A stretch of 64,000 nt of DNA, from assembly GCA_951406725.2 (NCBI GenBank), contig OX597824.1:53258001-53322000 (forward strand). Direction: 5' to 3'. Every line of letters begins with the position of its first letter. The stretch's first letter is position 1. Source of the stretch: Octopus vulgaris. Its lineage: Eukaryota. Position numbers and translations under genes: made by a program. A model generated the notes under the pieces. The model was not told where the DNA came from, did not search any database, and saw nothing but the letters and a program-made list of their open reading frames with translations. Below, piece after piece: positions 1-14,240 of this stretch.

Positions 1-37
1 TTGATAAGGTTCGTTTTTTCAAGAACCGAAACATGTA
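1..37 (+). ncRNA. Minimal type I hammerhead ribozyme variant (U3-A8 core); 5' strand of stem I lies outside the window
   Basis: TTGATAA, stem II GGTTC/GAACC, GAA, palindromic ACATGT, A. About 100 bp of pLTR-like tail follows and ends in (TA)n at ~139-170. Confidence 0.6.
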
Positions 38-132
38 AAATTCATAAGAAAATTAAAATTTATCTAATATAGTGGCGTTTTCAAACTTCTTTTTTACAAA
101 TATATACCCACTCGTATACGATCTACTCTTAT

Positions 133-170
<38 letters not shown>

Positions 171-173
<3 letters not shown>

Positions 174-1960
174 ACATTGTCATTAAACCGGCCGACAAGG
201 GTGGAGCTGTGGTGGTGTGGCGCGCGGATCTCTACAGGGCCGAGGCGCTCCCCCAACTCAATGACACCTCCTTCTACTCCCCTGTGTCCTCTGACCCCAC
301 GCTTAGCTACCAACATACGGTCTCCTCTACCGTCCACGACCTCATCTCGTCCTTCTGTCTCCCCCACACCGCATCCAACCTTATTGTCCGAACCCCACGC
401 ACTCCCACCATTTACTTCCTCCTCCAAATCCACAAACCCAACAACCCTGGCCGCCCCATCGTCTCTGCCTGTAACTGCCCCACCGAGCTTATCTCAAAAT
501 ACCTCGACCGTGTCCTTGCTCCCCTAGTGGCGTCTCTTCCCTCTCACATTCACGACACCAACCATGCTCTCCGGCTTTTCAACTCTTTCTCTTTTCCTCC
601 TGGCTCCTCCAAACTCCTCTTTACAATGGACATCCAGAGCCTCTATACCGTCATCCCTCACCACGAAGGACTGCGTGCACTTCAACACTTTCTCGACCTC
701 CACCCCAACCCCGAACCCGACACCTCCACACTCATTCGTCTGGCCGAATTTGTCCTTTCTCTTAACTGCTTCTCGTTCGCGGGCAAGTTCTACCACAAGT
801 CTCGGGAGTGGCCATGAGAACGCGAATGGGCCCCAACTATGCGAACCTGTTCGTTGGCTATGTTGAGGCCCAAATATTCTCTAATTTCACTGGTCCCACT
901 CCCGAACTATACGGTCCTTACATTGACGACTGTATCGGTGCCACTTCACTCTCCCGCGAACATCTAGACTCCTTCCTCTCTTTCGTTAAATCCTTCCATC
1001 CTGCCCTCCACTACACCTGCACTATCTCCAACACCTCTGTCTCCTTTCTTGACATTTCGGTCAGCATTCATCACTCCACTCTTACCACCGCCATTCACTA
1101 CAAACACACAGACTCACACTCATACCTAAACTTCTCTTCCTCCCACCCCAAACACACCAAGCTTTCCATCCCCTATTCCCAATTCCTCCGTCTACGTAGG
1201 CTCTGTAGTGACGACCATGACTTTGAGACTCAGTCTCAACTCATGTTTCGCCATTTCATGCTACGTGATACCCCCTCACCACTGTCCACACCGCCCTTGC
1301 CAGAGCACGTTCTGTAGACCGTGCATCTGCTCTCTCCCCCCGAACCCGCCCTGCAGTCTCCCGCCTCCCTTTCCCCTCGCGTACCACCTCACCACCCTAC
1401 CTCTCCAACGCACCATTCTTCGAGCTTTCCGGCATCCCCAGTCCACTTCACACCTCTTCCCTAACCGACCCCTCCCCTCCTTCAAACGAGCCCATAACCT
1501 ACGAGACCTCTTGGTCCACAGCTTCTTCCCCAACCCTACCTCCCAACCTGGCTCGTTCCCCTGCTCCCGCCCACGTTGCCGCACTTGCCCTTACCTCTCC
1601 AACACCACCCTCCTCACCGGCACCCATCATCGACCCTATCGCATCATCGACTCCTTCACCTGCACCTCCAGCAATATCATCTATTGCATCTCCTGCTCTT
1701 TCTGCCATTCCCTGTACATCGGAGAAACGGGACGCTGCTTGGCTTACCGGTTCGCGGAACACCTCCGAGACATCCACCTCGCCAATGACACTCCAGTCTC
1801 ACGCCATTTTCGCTCCACCGGTCACTCCTTGCAACACCTGTCTGTATTCGGATTGTCCTTGCACAGAGGCCATCCGGATTCCCGTTTGCGCCGTGAACAG
1901 GGATTAATCTTCTCTCTTCGCTCTTTTACGCAATTTGGCCTCAACTCGCCCCCCTTTTCA
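171..1960 (+). pseudogene. Disrupted PLE RT-GIY-YIG ORF (pieces 209-817, 808-1317, 1208-1960)
   Basis: Consecutive ORF-track frames carry successive RT, thumb, Cys linker and GIY-YIG motifs, separated by frameshifts. Confidence 0.9.
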
Positions 1961-2853
1961 TCAAACCTCCTCCCCGACTCATATTTCTCTTTACTCCTAC
2001 CTATTTTCACCCCTACTCTCTTTCCCTCTTCTTCCCTTCTTTCCCTTCTTCCCCTTTCTTCCCTCTTCTCCATCTTCTTCTCTCTTCTTCCCTCTTCCCC
2101 TTCTCTCTTTCTCTCTGCTCCCTCACTCCCCTTCTCTCCCCTCCCTCCTTCTCTCCCATCCCTCCTCCTACACCATCCCCTCCCCTCCTCCCTCTCCTCC
2201 CTCTCCCCCCATCCCCCGCCCCCCTTCTCTCCTCCTCTCTCTCCTCATATACCCACCTTCCCCTACCCCCATAAACCCACCCACCCCTACTCCACCTTCC
2301 CTATCCTTTCCACCCCTTCCCCCACTCTACGTCACACCCTCCCCTACCTACATCACCCCTATCCCACACCTCTCCCCCACATACCTCACCCATATCCCAT
2401 ACCCCTCCACCCTATACCTCACCTCTAACCCCACCCTCTACCTACCCACAACCCCCACTCTACCCCAACCCCCAGCCGAATCTACACCCCACCTGTGCTT
2501 TCCCACTCTCGCCTCCCCAACCTCCCCACAACATCACACCACACTACACTACACCATACAACATTACACATCACATCACAACACACCACCCACAGCACAC
2601 TGCCCACACACCCATCCCCACATCTCCACACCCACACATACATACACACACACGTCCAGACCACCAGCCCTCTTTCACACGCACATACATACTCTCTTAT
2701 ACACACACGCACCTTTGTGTTGGGGGCACCTTCGTATTGGAAGTCACTTGACCCTGTTATCTCATGTGTCTGACCACTGTCCGAAGTCAGGACGCCATGA
2801 TAGATCGTTAGCTCTTACACGCATTTTTTTCTCTCCTTGTTTTTTTCTGTGTA

Positions 2854-2890
2854 TCTTTCTGCCGAAGAGCGTAGGCTCGAAACGTAAAGA
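2854..2890 (+). ncRNA. Minimal hammerhead variant in the PLE 3' pLTR (core CUGCCGA)
   Basis: TCTTT-CTGCCGA-A-GAGC(GTAG)GCTC-GAA-ACGT-A-AAGA, with palindromic stem III ACGT. Confidence 0.7.
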
Positions 2891-3449
2891 CTTTTTCTAT
2901 TTCTATTCCTGAGCGGTATACTAATACATTTGTTTGTTTGTACTCCACCTGCCTTCGTCTTTTGTTTATTTTCGTAAACTTTCCCTTTATATATATATAT
3001 ATGTGTGTGTGTGTGAGTGTGTGTGTGCGTGTGTGTATGTATGTATGTATGTATGTATATATATATATATTTATTTAATCCTAAAAATATTATTTATGTA
3101 ACGCACACACTCATTTTTTTTACCCATTTGTAGAGATAGTCTTGGAATATTTTTCTGTCACTCTGTCGCTTTCCTTCATTTTGCTTCTCTTAATTTCCGT
3201 TTTCTCTCTCTCCCTCTCTCTCCCTCTCTCCCCCTCACTCTCTCTCTCTCTCTTACCCTCCTCCCACTATCTAGTGATCTATGACGGTGCTAGGCGATGT
3301 CATTCTTCTTCGAGTTGCCTTTGAACATCTTTCAGCATGTAAGGAAATCACTTAGTGGTTTTCCTTTTAGTGTATAATTACCTATGGTTATACACACTTA
3401 TATACATGTATACATACACACACACACACACGCACGCACACACACACTT

Positions 3450-3509
<60 letters not shown>

Positions 3510-3743
3510 TAACAAACTAAGGAAAGGAATTCCTTCAAAGGGGTGTGTAAAACATCCAATCCCCTGGTACGTCAGTTGAATACCACATAAATATGGGTAT
3601 TATACAAACAACAAACAATAAATTAAATACAGAGATAGAATTGACAATCCAATAATTTATTTATATTATAATATAACTTAATATACTATGAATATAATGT
3701 AATATGATATATGATAACATAAAAAATCATGAAAAAAACAAAA

Positions 3744-3823
3744 AGCCAACAATTTGTTTCGACTTATATACATTGTTTGATATATAAACAATTCAATTAA
3801 CTTACATAAGTCTCATCAGAGCT
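3744..3823 (-). ncRNA. Type I hammerhead ribozyme, canonical core, within a (TA)n-flanked element starting ~3506
   Basis: The minus strand reads AGCT-CTGATGA-GACTTAT...ATAAGTC-GAAACAAATTGTT-GGCT. All three stems can form; the cleavage triplet is GUU. Confidence 0.8.
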
Positions 3824-4587
3824 AAGGTTTAAAGATAGGCGAAATTTCGTGTGACAGGATGGCTGCATTGTAAAAAAAAACTAATTCAAATGCCTGTGAA
3901 TTTCTTTATTGCCCACAGTGGGGGCTATCGAATGCTTATATATTATTATCGTAAGCGTTAACTTTTCGACTACATAACAGTTACAATTAAGAAAACAACA
4001 AAATTATAACGGACAAAATAATTAAGTAAATAGAATCTAAAACTATCTAAATATATTTCTATCTATCTCAAATAATATTAATCCAAACTCGTTTAGGTCG
4101 AAGACAATCTTTTGCTATTATAATAAGATATAACAACAATAGGTATACAAATTACAATAGATATACAAATTAAGCATCAGGGTCTTACTTAATTTAGAAA
4201 CTTAAAGCTACAACCTGTATAGGTTGTAATTATTGTACCTCTAGGTTTATCTCCATATTTATTAGGGAATTCTCCCTACGATAAATTAAATAAGTAAAGA
4301 ACATTTTATTAGGTGTATTATTATCATTTCAATTATTGTCTTCGTTTGGCTCTATGCCTTTATTCCGTTTATTGTTTTGTCCCTCGTCCGTCCACTAACG
4401 GTCTCGTCTCGAGCTCATCGCATTTTGTTATCTTTTGGCCTCATTCCCGGCAAGTTTCTTGCTGATGCCTCCAGAGTGGAAGCAATATTATCGATAATGG
4501 CCGAAATTGCGCTTGACCCTCTGGTCGATAACCGAACAGGAGATGGTGACCTTCTGTGTTTTCTGTTCGTCTATGTATTTAGTACAC

Positions 4588-4999
4588 TTTTTACTCTTTT
4601 ACTCTTTTACTTGTTTCAGTCATTTGACTGCGGCCATGCTGGAGTACCGCCTTTAATCGAGCAGCTCGACCCCGGGACTTATTCTTTTGTAAGCCCAGTA
4701 CTTATTCTATCGGTCTCCTTTGCCGAACCGCTAAGTAACGGGGACATAAACACACCAGCATCGGCTGTCAAGCAATGCTAGGGGGACAAACACAGACACA
4801 CAAACACACACACGCCTACATATATACACATATATACGACGGGCGTCTTTCAGTTTCCATCTACCAAATCCCCTCACAAGGCTTTGGTCGGCCCGAGGCT
4901 ATAGTAGAAGACACTTGCCCAAGGTGCCACGTAGTGGGACTGAACCCGGAACCATGTGGTTGGTAAACAAGCTACTTACCACACAGCCACGCCCGCGCC
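4588..4999 (-). mobile_element. tRNA-derived CORE-type SINE (octopus OR-like), full length
   Basis: tRNA-like head with A box (TGGCTGTGTGG) and B-box-like GGTTCAGTCCC, CORE-like CCTTGGGCAAGT and a (TAAAAGAG)n tail. Homologous copies lie at 10372, 13786 and 16893. Confidence 0.85.
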
Positions 5000-5032
5000 T
5001 ATATATTCGTATATTTATTTACTACACGTTTT

Positions 5033-5073
<41 letters not shown>

Positions 5074-5209
5074 GTACATCATATTTTCCGTTCGTTGTCT
5101 TTTTAGTTAATCCTGAAAGAAAAATATATATATACATAGCAAAGTCATTTTATTCTACACGGGTAGAAACATAGAAAAAATAAGTTGAAAATGCCATGGG
5201 GTTTGAACT

Positions 5210-6137
5210 TTTGAAGGCTTAACCGGTAACAGATTTCTCTGAATTTTAAAAGTTGAGAGAAAAAGGCCTGGAGCTATGCTGCAACTTCCTTGCTTCTGAA
5301 TATTGTTCAAAAATTGCCTTATTTTTATAGAGAGAACATGGTTGGACACGTTTGAGTATGTTTTGATTGGTCGATGAGGATCATGTGATCAGGTTTTAGA
5401 AATTATTGTGAATAGTTGATCGTGAATGTAGTTTGTTAAAGTTTATTCAGTCTCGGTTTGTACTTTTCTATAAATTTTTCTTCACACACAAAATCATTCT
5501 ATTGTTTGACATGTTGGATTTATACAGCTAACAACCCTAAGCTTTGGACACAGTCATGGTTAGAAAAAAGACATTAAATAGCTAAACTTGATGCCTGCAT
5601 ATATAAACACAAACCTAACTATTCAACCACTAGACTACATAGAAACAACTGTCCAATCTGCCATTCGACATATTAAATTTAGAGAATCTTACTTTGTGAC
5701 TGTCAATAGACATGTCCATTCAACCGTGCCAGTGTTCATTTTCGGTGCAAAAAATATTGTCACATATCAACGCACGGACGTAGTGGGGAACCTACAAAAA
5801 TTTCTAAGATTACACCTAATCACGGGATCTATCTCTACCACATTTGACAGATGAAGTTCAGACAGCCGTGACTGGGATTGCCACTAGACACGTTCAGTCA
5901 CCTGTGACAGCTTTAACTAACGACTCCAAACATATTGTCACACGACGTAGTTTGATCACGTGATCATTCTTGGCCATTCAAAACGTATCCAAATATGTCC
6001 ATTCATGTTCTCTCTACAAAAACAAGACACTTTTTGAATTGCAATCAGAAGCAATGCAGTTGTAATATAGCTCCAGATCTTTCACGCTCAACTTTTAAAA
6101 ATCAGAGAAATCTGTGAAACTGGTTACATCTTTAAAA
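5210..6137. mobile_element. Old fold-back/MITE-like element with ~180-bp diverged terminal inverted repeats
   Basis: 5210-5392 (CAGATTTCTCTGAATTTTAAAAGTTGAG...GAGAGAACATG...CATGTGATCA) is the diverged reverse complement of 5953-6137. Confidence 0.6.
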
Positions 6138-6319
6138 TTTTTTAAATATACAAAACCAAAACTTCCTATACATATATATGTCTATATGAGAGAGTGTGTT
6201 TGTTTGTGTGTGAGTGTGTGTGTGTATGGTGTCTATTTATTTTCAGATGTCCAAAAATGTATAGATAGGCAGACAGACTAACGGACGGTCAGACAGACAA
6301 GTAGTTAGACAGATAGATA

Positions 6320-7228
6320 CAAAATATAGGGGTTTAATTCACAGGAAAACTAAACGATTAGGTACGCTAGGTAAGCGCTGTAACGGATTACTGGAGCTCC
6401 AAGGTTATAGCCGAGACGGTAGTTATGGAGCCATTGCAGATTTCCGATATAGCGGATATATAATTGTTAAAGAGGACAACAAATACTAAGGCAAGGCAAA
6501 GATCTCAAATCATATACATTATTATTATCGGAAAAAACTCAAAGTCTTACAGCTGTTTCTAGGATATTCCAGCGTATGCAATATTCATCAGAGACAACTA
6601 GGGAAAATGAGAATGGTGTAGATTAATGAAATGACGATATAAAGTACAGGAGTAGAGGAATAAGGAGATGAATAAAGAGGAGAAAGAAACATAAAAGTTC
6701 ACAGTTCAACTTTCCGATCTTGTAGAAATAAGTCCATAAGTCCTCAGGTGCAATCCTGCGCAAATTAATGTGGGTTAAAGTCCTGATATTGTAAGTAGCC
6801 AGTAAAAGATGCGAACATATCAACGTTCAATAACAGAATGGTAGCGAAGGTGGTTGTTAAGTGGTAAAAAGAAAAAAATTAAATAAATAGAAAGAGAGGT
6901 AGATAGAGTGAGAGGGGAAGTTAAGGATTGGTCTTAAGGATAAAGTAGGGTATATAAACATAGTGTCTAAGAATATAGTGCACAAAGATAGCCAAGAAGA
7001 TAAGAGAAAGGAGGAGGGGCAGAGGAAGATAACGTAAAAAATAAACAAAATAGGGCAAAATGAAAGGGATTTAAAGAGAGTAGTAGGTGCCAGTGATATT
7101 CTTCTAGTCTATAGGGATGGGTCAAGAAATCTAGCAGTAAATGCTTGTGTCCATTCTGGTTACGGTCAGTGGCTATAGAGTTAATTTTAGTAATGGGGTT
7201 ATGTGTGTGTAGGTAGTCGTGAATGGAG
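6320..7228 (-). mobile_element. 3' relic of a Penelope-like element (GIY-YIG C-terminus, UTR and hammerhead)
   Basis: The minus-strand peptide SIATDRNQNGH...RLEEYHWHLLLSL resembles the end of a PLE GIY-YIG domain. A hammerhead lies downstream at 6544-6595. Confidence 0.6.
6544..6595 (-). ncRNA. Type I hammerhead ribozyme (slightly decayed stem II)
   Basis: GTCT-CTGATGA-ATATT...AATAT(CCTA)-GAA-ACAGCTGT-A-AGAC, with palindromic stem III. Confidence 0.75.
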
Positions 7229-7229
7229 A

Positions 7230-7230
7230 T

Positions 7231-7314
<84 letters not shown>

Positions 7315-7392
7315 CATACATACATACATACATACATGCATACATACATACATACATACATGCATACATACATACATACATACATACATACA

Positions 7393-7426
<34 letters not shown>

Positions 7427-7432
7427 CATACA
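7230..7432. repeat. Compound (GATA)n-(CATA)n microsatellite
   Basis: Read directly; similar tracts at 13490-13637, 17278-17470 and 61348-61442. Confidence 0.95.
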
Positions 7433-7937
7433 TTAGGTACAGGATTGACTAGAACCTAGGAACAATGACACATAAGATGCCAGAAATGGCTATGTACCTT
7501 AACTTAGGTTTCTAAATTTGGTAAAACAACAATGCTGGTAGGATACCGTATATACCAAATCCAGTTTAGACCGCAGACCCGATTCAAGGTTGAATCTAGG
7601 TATGGCGTTAGTAATACAAGAACAATGTTGCTTGGATTCGTCATGATCAAGAAATTACCTCGCCTATTTCATACCTATTTGAAATTTTGCCTGAAAATGG
7701 CGGATGCTATGTCATGACGTGATCTATAAAAACATCAATAAATTTCCCCCAAACAGCTGTCATAAGTTTCAAACATCTTCTGTGCTCTTTATATGTGTGT
7801 GTATATAGGTGTGTACGTACATACATGCATGCATGCATACATACATATATAAATACATCTCTATGTATGTATGTATGTATGTATGTACGTAAGTATGTAT
7901 GTATGTATGTATGTATGTATGTATGTATGTATGTATG

Positions 7938-7966
<29 letters not shown>

Positions 7967-7969
<3 letters not shown>

Positions 7970-8300
7970 GCTGGACTCAAGTGTCATCTTCGTAGTCATA
8001 AAGCGAGACAGATGAGTTACAACCTGGCCACTGGTGGTGGTGTAACACACCATACTAATCATATCTGTCGGGCATGTGGAGGAGAGTGTAATTCGGCAGG
8101 AGGACTTAAACGACATACAAAGATACATGAAGCCCAGTTACAACTACAGCCGGCTATTACCGGTAAAGGTTTTAGTTGCCAATTCTGTACAAGACATTGT
8201 AGATCTTTAGCTGGGCTAAAAAGTCACATTCGATCACAGCACCAGTAACAGTTAAGCTTCGTGCAATGGCCATACTCGATAACGAGGGGGCAGCCATAAT
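7967..8300 (+). mobile_element. 3' end of an RTE-clade LINE encoding C2H2 zinc fingers, inserted in (TATG)n
   Basis: AGLKCHLRSH, CRACGGECNSAGGLKRHTKIH and [22 protein letters not shown], then a stop and a short 3' UTR with a CTCG..CGAG hairpin. (TATG)n lies on both sides. Confidence 0.7.
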
Positions 8301-8333
8301 GTATGTATGCATGTATGTATGTATGTATGTATG

Positions 8334-8879
<546 letters not shown>

Positions 8880-9042
8880 TTCAGTTATACTAAAATCAAT
8901 TTTAATTTAATCTAAAGGGTTACACTATACTTTTGTTGTGTGCAAAATTAAACAACAATTTCATCGGCAGTAACCTCGATGTTTCGGCCAGCTTGCTTAG
9001 CTAACCAAAACTACGAAGCCACTGTCAATAATATTTGTTTCA

Positions 9043-9085
<43 letters not shown>

Positions 9086-9092
9086 CATACTT

Positions 9093-9127
<35 letters not shown>

Positions 9128-9155
9128 TACACACACACACACATACACACACACA

Positions 9156-9191
<36 letters not shown>

Positions 9192-10371
9192 TACTCTGAG
9201 ATATTAGAGAAATTTAGCTAGCGTAGCGCCTAGAACTTACCTTTTATTAATAAAAGAATGTATATGACTATGTATCTGAGTTTGAATTTAACCACTGTGG
9301 CGCCTATGTAATAACAGAGCATTTATATTAATTTATTTTTATTATTTATATTAATTATTTGAAAGACATTGATTATATATACGACAGTAATTTTGATTCC
9401 AACTGTTACACATAGTATTAGGTGTATTATCTGCATAGTCATTGCTGCAGGGCATTGGGATGGCAAAATCGTTGGCGCAGCCAACAGAACACTTAATGAC
9501 CATCAGACGGTGTGCGCGTAACTCCATAGGCCACAACCTTTGTTGTGCAAAATCCTTCCAGTATTCGGCTGTGGAATTTTGAGTGGTATAGGCTGGGTTA
9601 TGGGATAAAGCTTGTTTGAGTACGTATTGTTTCTTCCTTTCTGTTATAGCGCGTGGTGCTTGAAGCCATATTATCTTTGCATGATTAAGTAACAATAAGC
9701 TTATGAACGTTAAAGAACTAATTATGCCCATGGGCTTTGGAAAATGCTAATTAAGAACTTAAGAGCATGAAGCATCTAACTGCATTAGCATATCTAGTGT
9801 AAAGGGAAGATTGATACTCGATAGTTGTTATGCATTTGATTTGTGTATTTATCTAGAATATCAATTTCGTGGTAAATTATACGTACTACACTTCCATACA
9901 AAGAGAGTAGGCTAGCTGTAATATGTTCTATGAGAGCATTATAAGTTGTTAAACTTAAGTCTGGTCTAATTTATATGCGTAATTATTGATCATATATTCT
10001 CGCTTTATGTTCCTCCAACTTTATCACAGGAGATTCTATTTAAAATACCCTCTTACATCCTAATACTTCATGCTTAAATTATTTCCTACATAACAAATAA
10101 TTTATTGTGTAACTTGCGAATTTATTTAATTTCAATTGTAAATGATCAAATGATATCTACCCATAATTATGGTAGAGGACTTATAGCTTTATTCTGTAGC
10201 TTTATTCTAATTGTGCTTCTTTCAAATCTTATCTATGTCTTAGTTTTTCTGTTTATATTTATATACATATATATATTCTTTCACCTATTAATAATACTTC
10301 CAAGAATATCTATCGTCTTTTCAATAGCTCCACCTTATATCTTAAATTGTTTACCTCTCTGTTAGTATATA

Positions 10372-10593
10372 TTCTTTTATTCTTTTACTTGTTTCAGTCA
10401 TTTGACTGCGGCCATGCTGGAACAACGCCTTTAGTCGAGCAAATCGACCCCAGTACTTTATTTTTGTAAGCTTAGTACTTATCCTATCGGATGTCTTTCA
10501 CCAAACCGCTAAGTTACGGGGACGTAAACACACCAGTATCAGTTGTCAAGCGATGTTGGAGGATAAACACAGACACTCAAATACAAACACACA

Positions 10594-10653
<60 letters not shown>

Positions 10654-10868
10654 AAATGAGAAAATGGAGAAACATACCTAAATCAATCCTCAACCCTAAG
10701 ATAATACCCATTCAATACTTTATTAAACCATTACACCACAGCAATGATAATATACATTGATATAGTACAAATATAACAAGACATACAAATAGAAATAGAA
10801 AATACATTTACATAGTAGCTGACAGCTGTTTCGGCCGTGAAGACAGGTATGTCCCATTTAACCTATTA

Positions 10869-10936
<68 letters not shown>

Positions 10937-11076
10937 ACGGGCTTCTTTCGGTTTCCGTCTATCAAATCCATTCACAAGGCTTTGGTCTGCCCAAGGCTAT
11001 AGTAGAAGACACTTGCCCAAGGCGCCACGCAACGGGACATGTGGTTGGTAAGCAAGCTACTTACCACATAGCCACT
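10372..11076 (-). mobile_element. CORE-type SINE copy interrupted by a pLTR-like fragment (10651-10872) in its internal (TA)n
   Basis: Both halves match 4588-4999. The insert carries a hammerhead 3' half, GGCC-GAA-ACAGCTGT-C-AGCT (minus strand, 10817-10836). Confidence 0.8.
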
Positions 11077-12389
11077 AAATCTGTCAGCTGGTCGTCCTAG
11101 CAGTTTGCAATAGATCGAACAAATTAGAATTAAGTTGACACTTTGTCTTCATGGCCCTTACACTTGGGTGCTTCTTTGATAGCATAACAATTTTCTGTTT
11201 AATCTATTACTCCGATCTTCTAAGCATCACTTTCTCAATGTGTTTAACCAAATCCACCCGTATTCACACCCGTATTACCTTTACGATTAATGCTATGTGG
11301 TTTTACATAATTACTCTTTCTTATATAACCCAGTAATTAATTGGTGTAACAATTCCACTAATTATCAAAACAGTCGTAACTTACTAATAAATGTTATAGC
11401 GTAAGAAAGAAAGAAAAGATTTATAAGCTCCCGAGCATCGAATTATGTGTTATTAATGGTTTGTTTCAACGTGTATTTTACAAATAACTGGCTAGGTAGG
11501 TGAATGGATGGATGAATGAATGGATGGGTTGATTTGGAGTGACATTTATCTGTATGCATTTATAAACTTATATAAATGCACGTGCATAGGCATTAAAAAA
11601 AAACAATAACTGGCTGGGAAAAATTAAAGATAGAGATGTAGTTGATAAATTGTAAACATGAGCTTATAAACAATAAACTATATAGAGTTAAATTTCTCTT
11701 TATGTTTTTACTATTATCGATTGAGATTTGAGATAAATGATATTACCGTTGAATTTACTACGAAGTTGCAAGAAATTTAAGAAAATAATCCTATGTTGGA
11801 GTATCCCGTAAACATGATTTAAGGTAAAGAATTAATATAATCTAGAATGAATGCAGTACGTAAATTTATCAAAATGACATTAGCCTCCAATGAAGTTTTT
11901 ATTTCCATATTTTAGACTAGGTAGAAATAATTACTGTATTGATACAAAATTAAATAAACTACGATTAAAGTAAATTATAAATAATGGGTATATCTGTTGT
12001 GCAAGCTTCTGAAATGTTTTCAAAAGCCTTTTGATCATTCCTACATATATAATTATCCGTTATTTTATAAACCATAGCACTTAAACGAAATAATATATAC
12101 GATATCTTCTTTCTTGTTTTTTTTTTTTTTTCTTTGCCTCTAATTATGACTGAAATAAATAGAAAGTAGGTTTCTTTTCGGCTAAATGCTTTTAAATACA
12201 AAAGCTGACATTGTCTTGATAAGATGTGATTATAGAGTATGATATTAATGAGAATATTTTAAATAAAAGGTTTAACTTTAGTCTATCCATTCATTTACTT
12301 GCTGTCGGAGTTGTCCTCTACTTTCTTTTGATACATTTTCTATTTACATTGTATTGTTTTCGGCTTCTGTATGTATGTATGTATGTATG

Positions 12390-13488
12390 TCATTGTTCAG
12401 TTCTATTTCAAGATTTCTTGTCAATAGAGAAAGAGCCGGTTTCTAACCTAGATTCAAGGCTCCTTTACTGGAATTTCAACATCAACAACAGGGTATTTTT
12501 GTTTGTATGTATGTATATGTGCAGATTTTTATGTTTTGCTTTATGTATGTACTCTCGTGCATATAGTTGCATATCTAGACATGCTCATATATATTTAAAT
12601 GATAAACCTCTGGAAAGCTTTACAGATTTTTACAGTTACAGTGATAGATTGGCCCTGTAGTCTTCGAATTAGCTTTCTCTTTTCTGGTTTTGAGAAGCCT
12701 AATTTCTCAAGATTGGTATTTAGGCAGTGTGTTACATATCCTAGGGCCTTAATAATTACAGGTATAAACCTGAACTTGTAATATGGATAGAGTAACTGCA
12801 AATTTCTCAATAGTTCAGAATAGGTGTTCTCTTTTTCACTGATCTTCAGCTTTTTGTTAACATCCGCTGGGCAGCTAATTTCCACAACTGTGCAAAGTTT
12901 TTCTTCTTTATACCAAATCATTATATCAGGTCTGTTGTGCTTACATTGAGGTCTTCACTGGTACATTTCACAGTATTCCTTTTTATTATGAGTGACTATG
13001 GATTCTACCATATTGTGGGTTCTTATTTCTTTGTCCTCGGGATTATCCTTCCGATGGATTTCATTAAAGAGTGTCCTAGCTACAACGTCATGTCTCATAC
13101 CGTGATGACATTTTCGGACAACTGCTTATGATGTGGGTGATATCTTTAGCGTGATCTACACAAAGTCTGCATCGGTTGTCACACTTTACGGCTTTACCTG
13201 CATCTCAATCCCTTTTGTGCATCAGGTACTTGGTTGATATTTCCTGTTCCTGGATTGCAAACTCATACCCTTCAAAGTGGGAAGTAGTAATCCGGCTATT
13301 CTGCTTTGATGATCGATGTTACTATTATCCACGGAGCTTTCTAGTAACATATCCATGCATAGTCCTCTGCTCATATAGGTTCATCTTTTCATCTGAGGAT
13401 ACATTGCGGTAGAGTCGTGCGACTTCATTGGTCAGGTATTCTAAGTTATCAGACAAAAATTGTTGCTCAAGGAGCTGCCTTCCAAGTT
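12390..13488 (-). mobile_element. 3' portion of an R4/Dong-like non-LTR retrotransposon (CCHC + restriction-like endonuclease) in (TACA)n
   Basis: The minus strand gives FEGYEFAIQEQEISTKYL, CRLC...HIISSC and PDIMIW...VVEISCPAD...EKENTY. (TATG)n lies at both ends. Confidence 0.8.
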
Positions 13489-13532
13489 TTATGTATGTAT
13501 GTATGTATGTATGTATGTATGTATGTATGTAT

Positions 13533-13638
<106 letters not shown>

Positions 13639-13785
13639 AGCATAAATACACTTATATGTATGCATGCATTGTAATGGCTTCAAGTTAACCGATCTCGGAA
13701 GGATCATAAAAGTGTACGGACGCTGTCCCTTCCTCAGACTCAGCAAGTAATACAAGCACACACGTACACACACGCACACATACAT

Positions 13786-13984
13786 TCTTTTACTTGTTTC
13801 AGTCATTCGACTGCTGCTATGCTGGAGTACCGCCTTAAAGGGTTTTGGCCGCAGAAATCGACCAGGACTTATTCTTTGTAAGCCTAATATTCTATCAGGT
13901 TCTTTTGCCGAACTGCTAAGATGCGGGGACATAAACACACCGGCATCGGTTGTCAGCGATGGCGGGGGACAAACGCAGACACGC

Positions 13985-14032
<48 letters not shown>

Positions 14033-14186
14033 TTATACGACAGGCTTCTTTCAGTTTCCGTCTACGAAATCCACTCACAAGGCTTTGGTCGGCCCGAGGC
14101 ACACATGCCCAAGGTTTCACGCAGTGGGTCTGAACCCAGAACTATGTGGTTGGGAAGCAAATCTATTACCACACAGCTACGCCTGC
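13786..14186 (-). mobile_element. CORE-type SINE copy
   Basis: Homologous to 4588-4999 along its length. Confidence 0.85.
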
Positions 14187-14195
14187 ATACATACA

Positions 14196-14237
<42 letters not shown>

Positions 14238-14240
14238 CAT

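Larger units (their letters stand above)
171..2987 (+). mobile_element. Penelope-like retroelement (Neptune-type), 5'-truncated and frameshifted, flanked by (TA)n on both sides
   Basis: RT motifs DIVIKPADKGGAVVVW, PGRPIVSA, FTMDIQSLYT, AMRTRMGPNYANLF and YIDD. A CSRPRCRTC linker precedes the GIY-YIG motif NIIYCISC..LYIGETGR..RFAEH. The pyrimidine-rich 3' UTR carries a terminal hammerhead. Confidence 0.95.

Noticed and set aside
8966-9030. GGCCGAAAC..GTT half motif on the minus strand
   Set aside because: No convincing core and stem II register, so it was not counted as a ribozyme.
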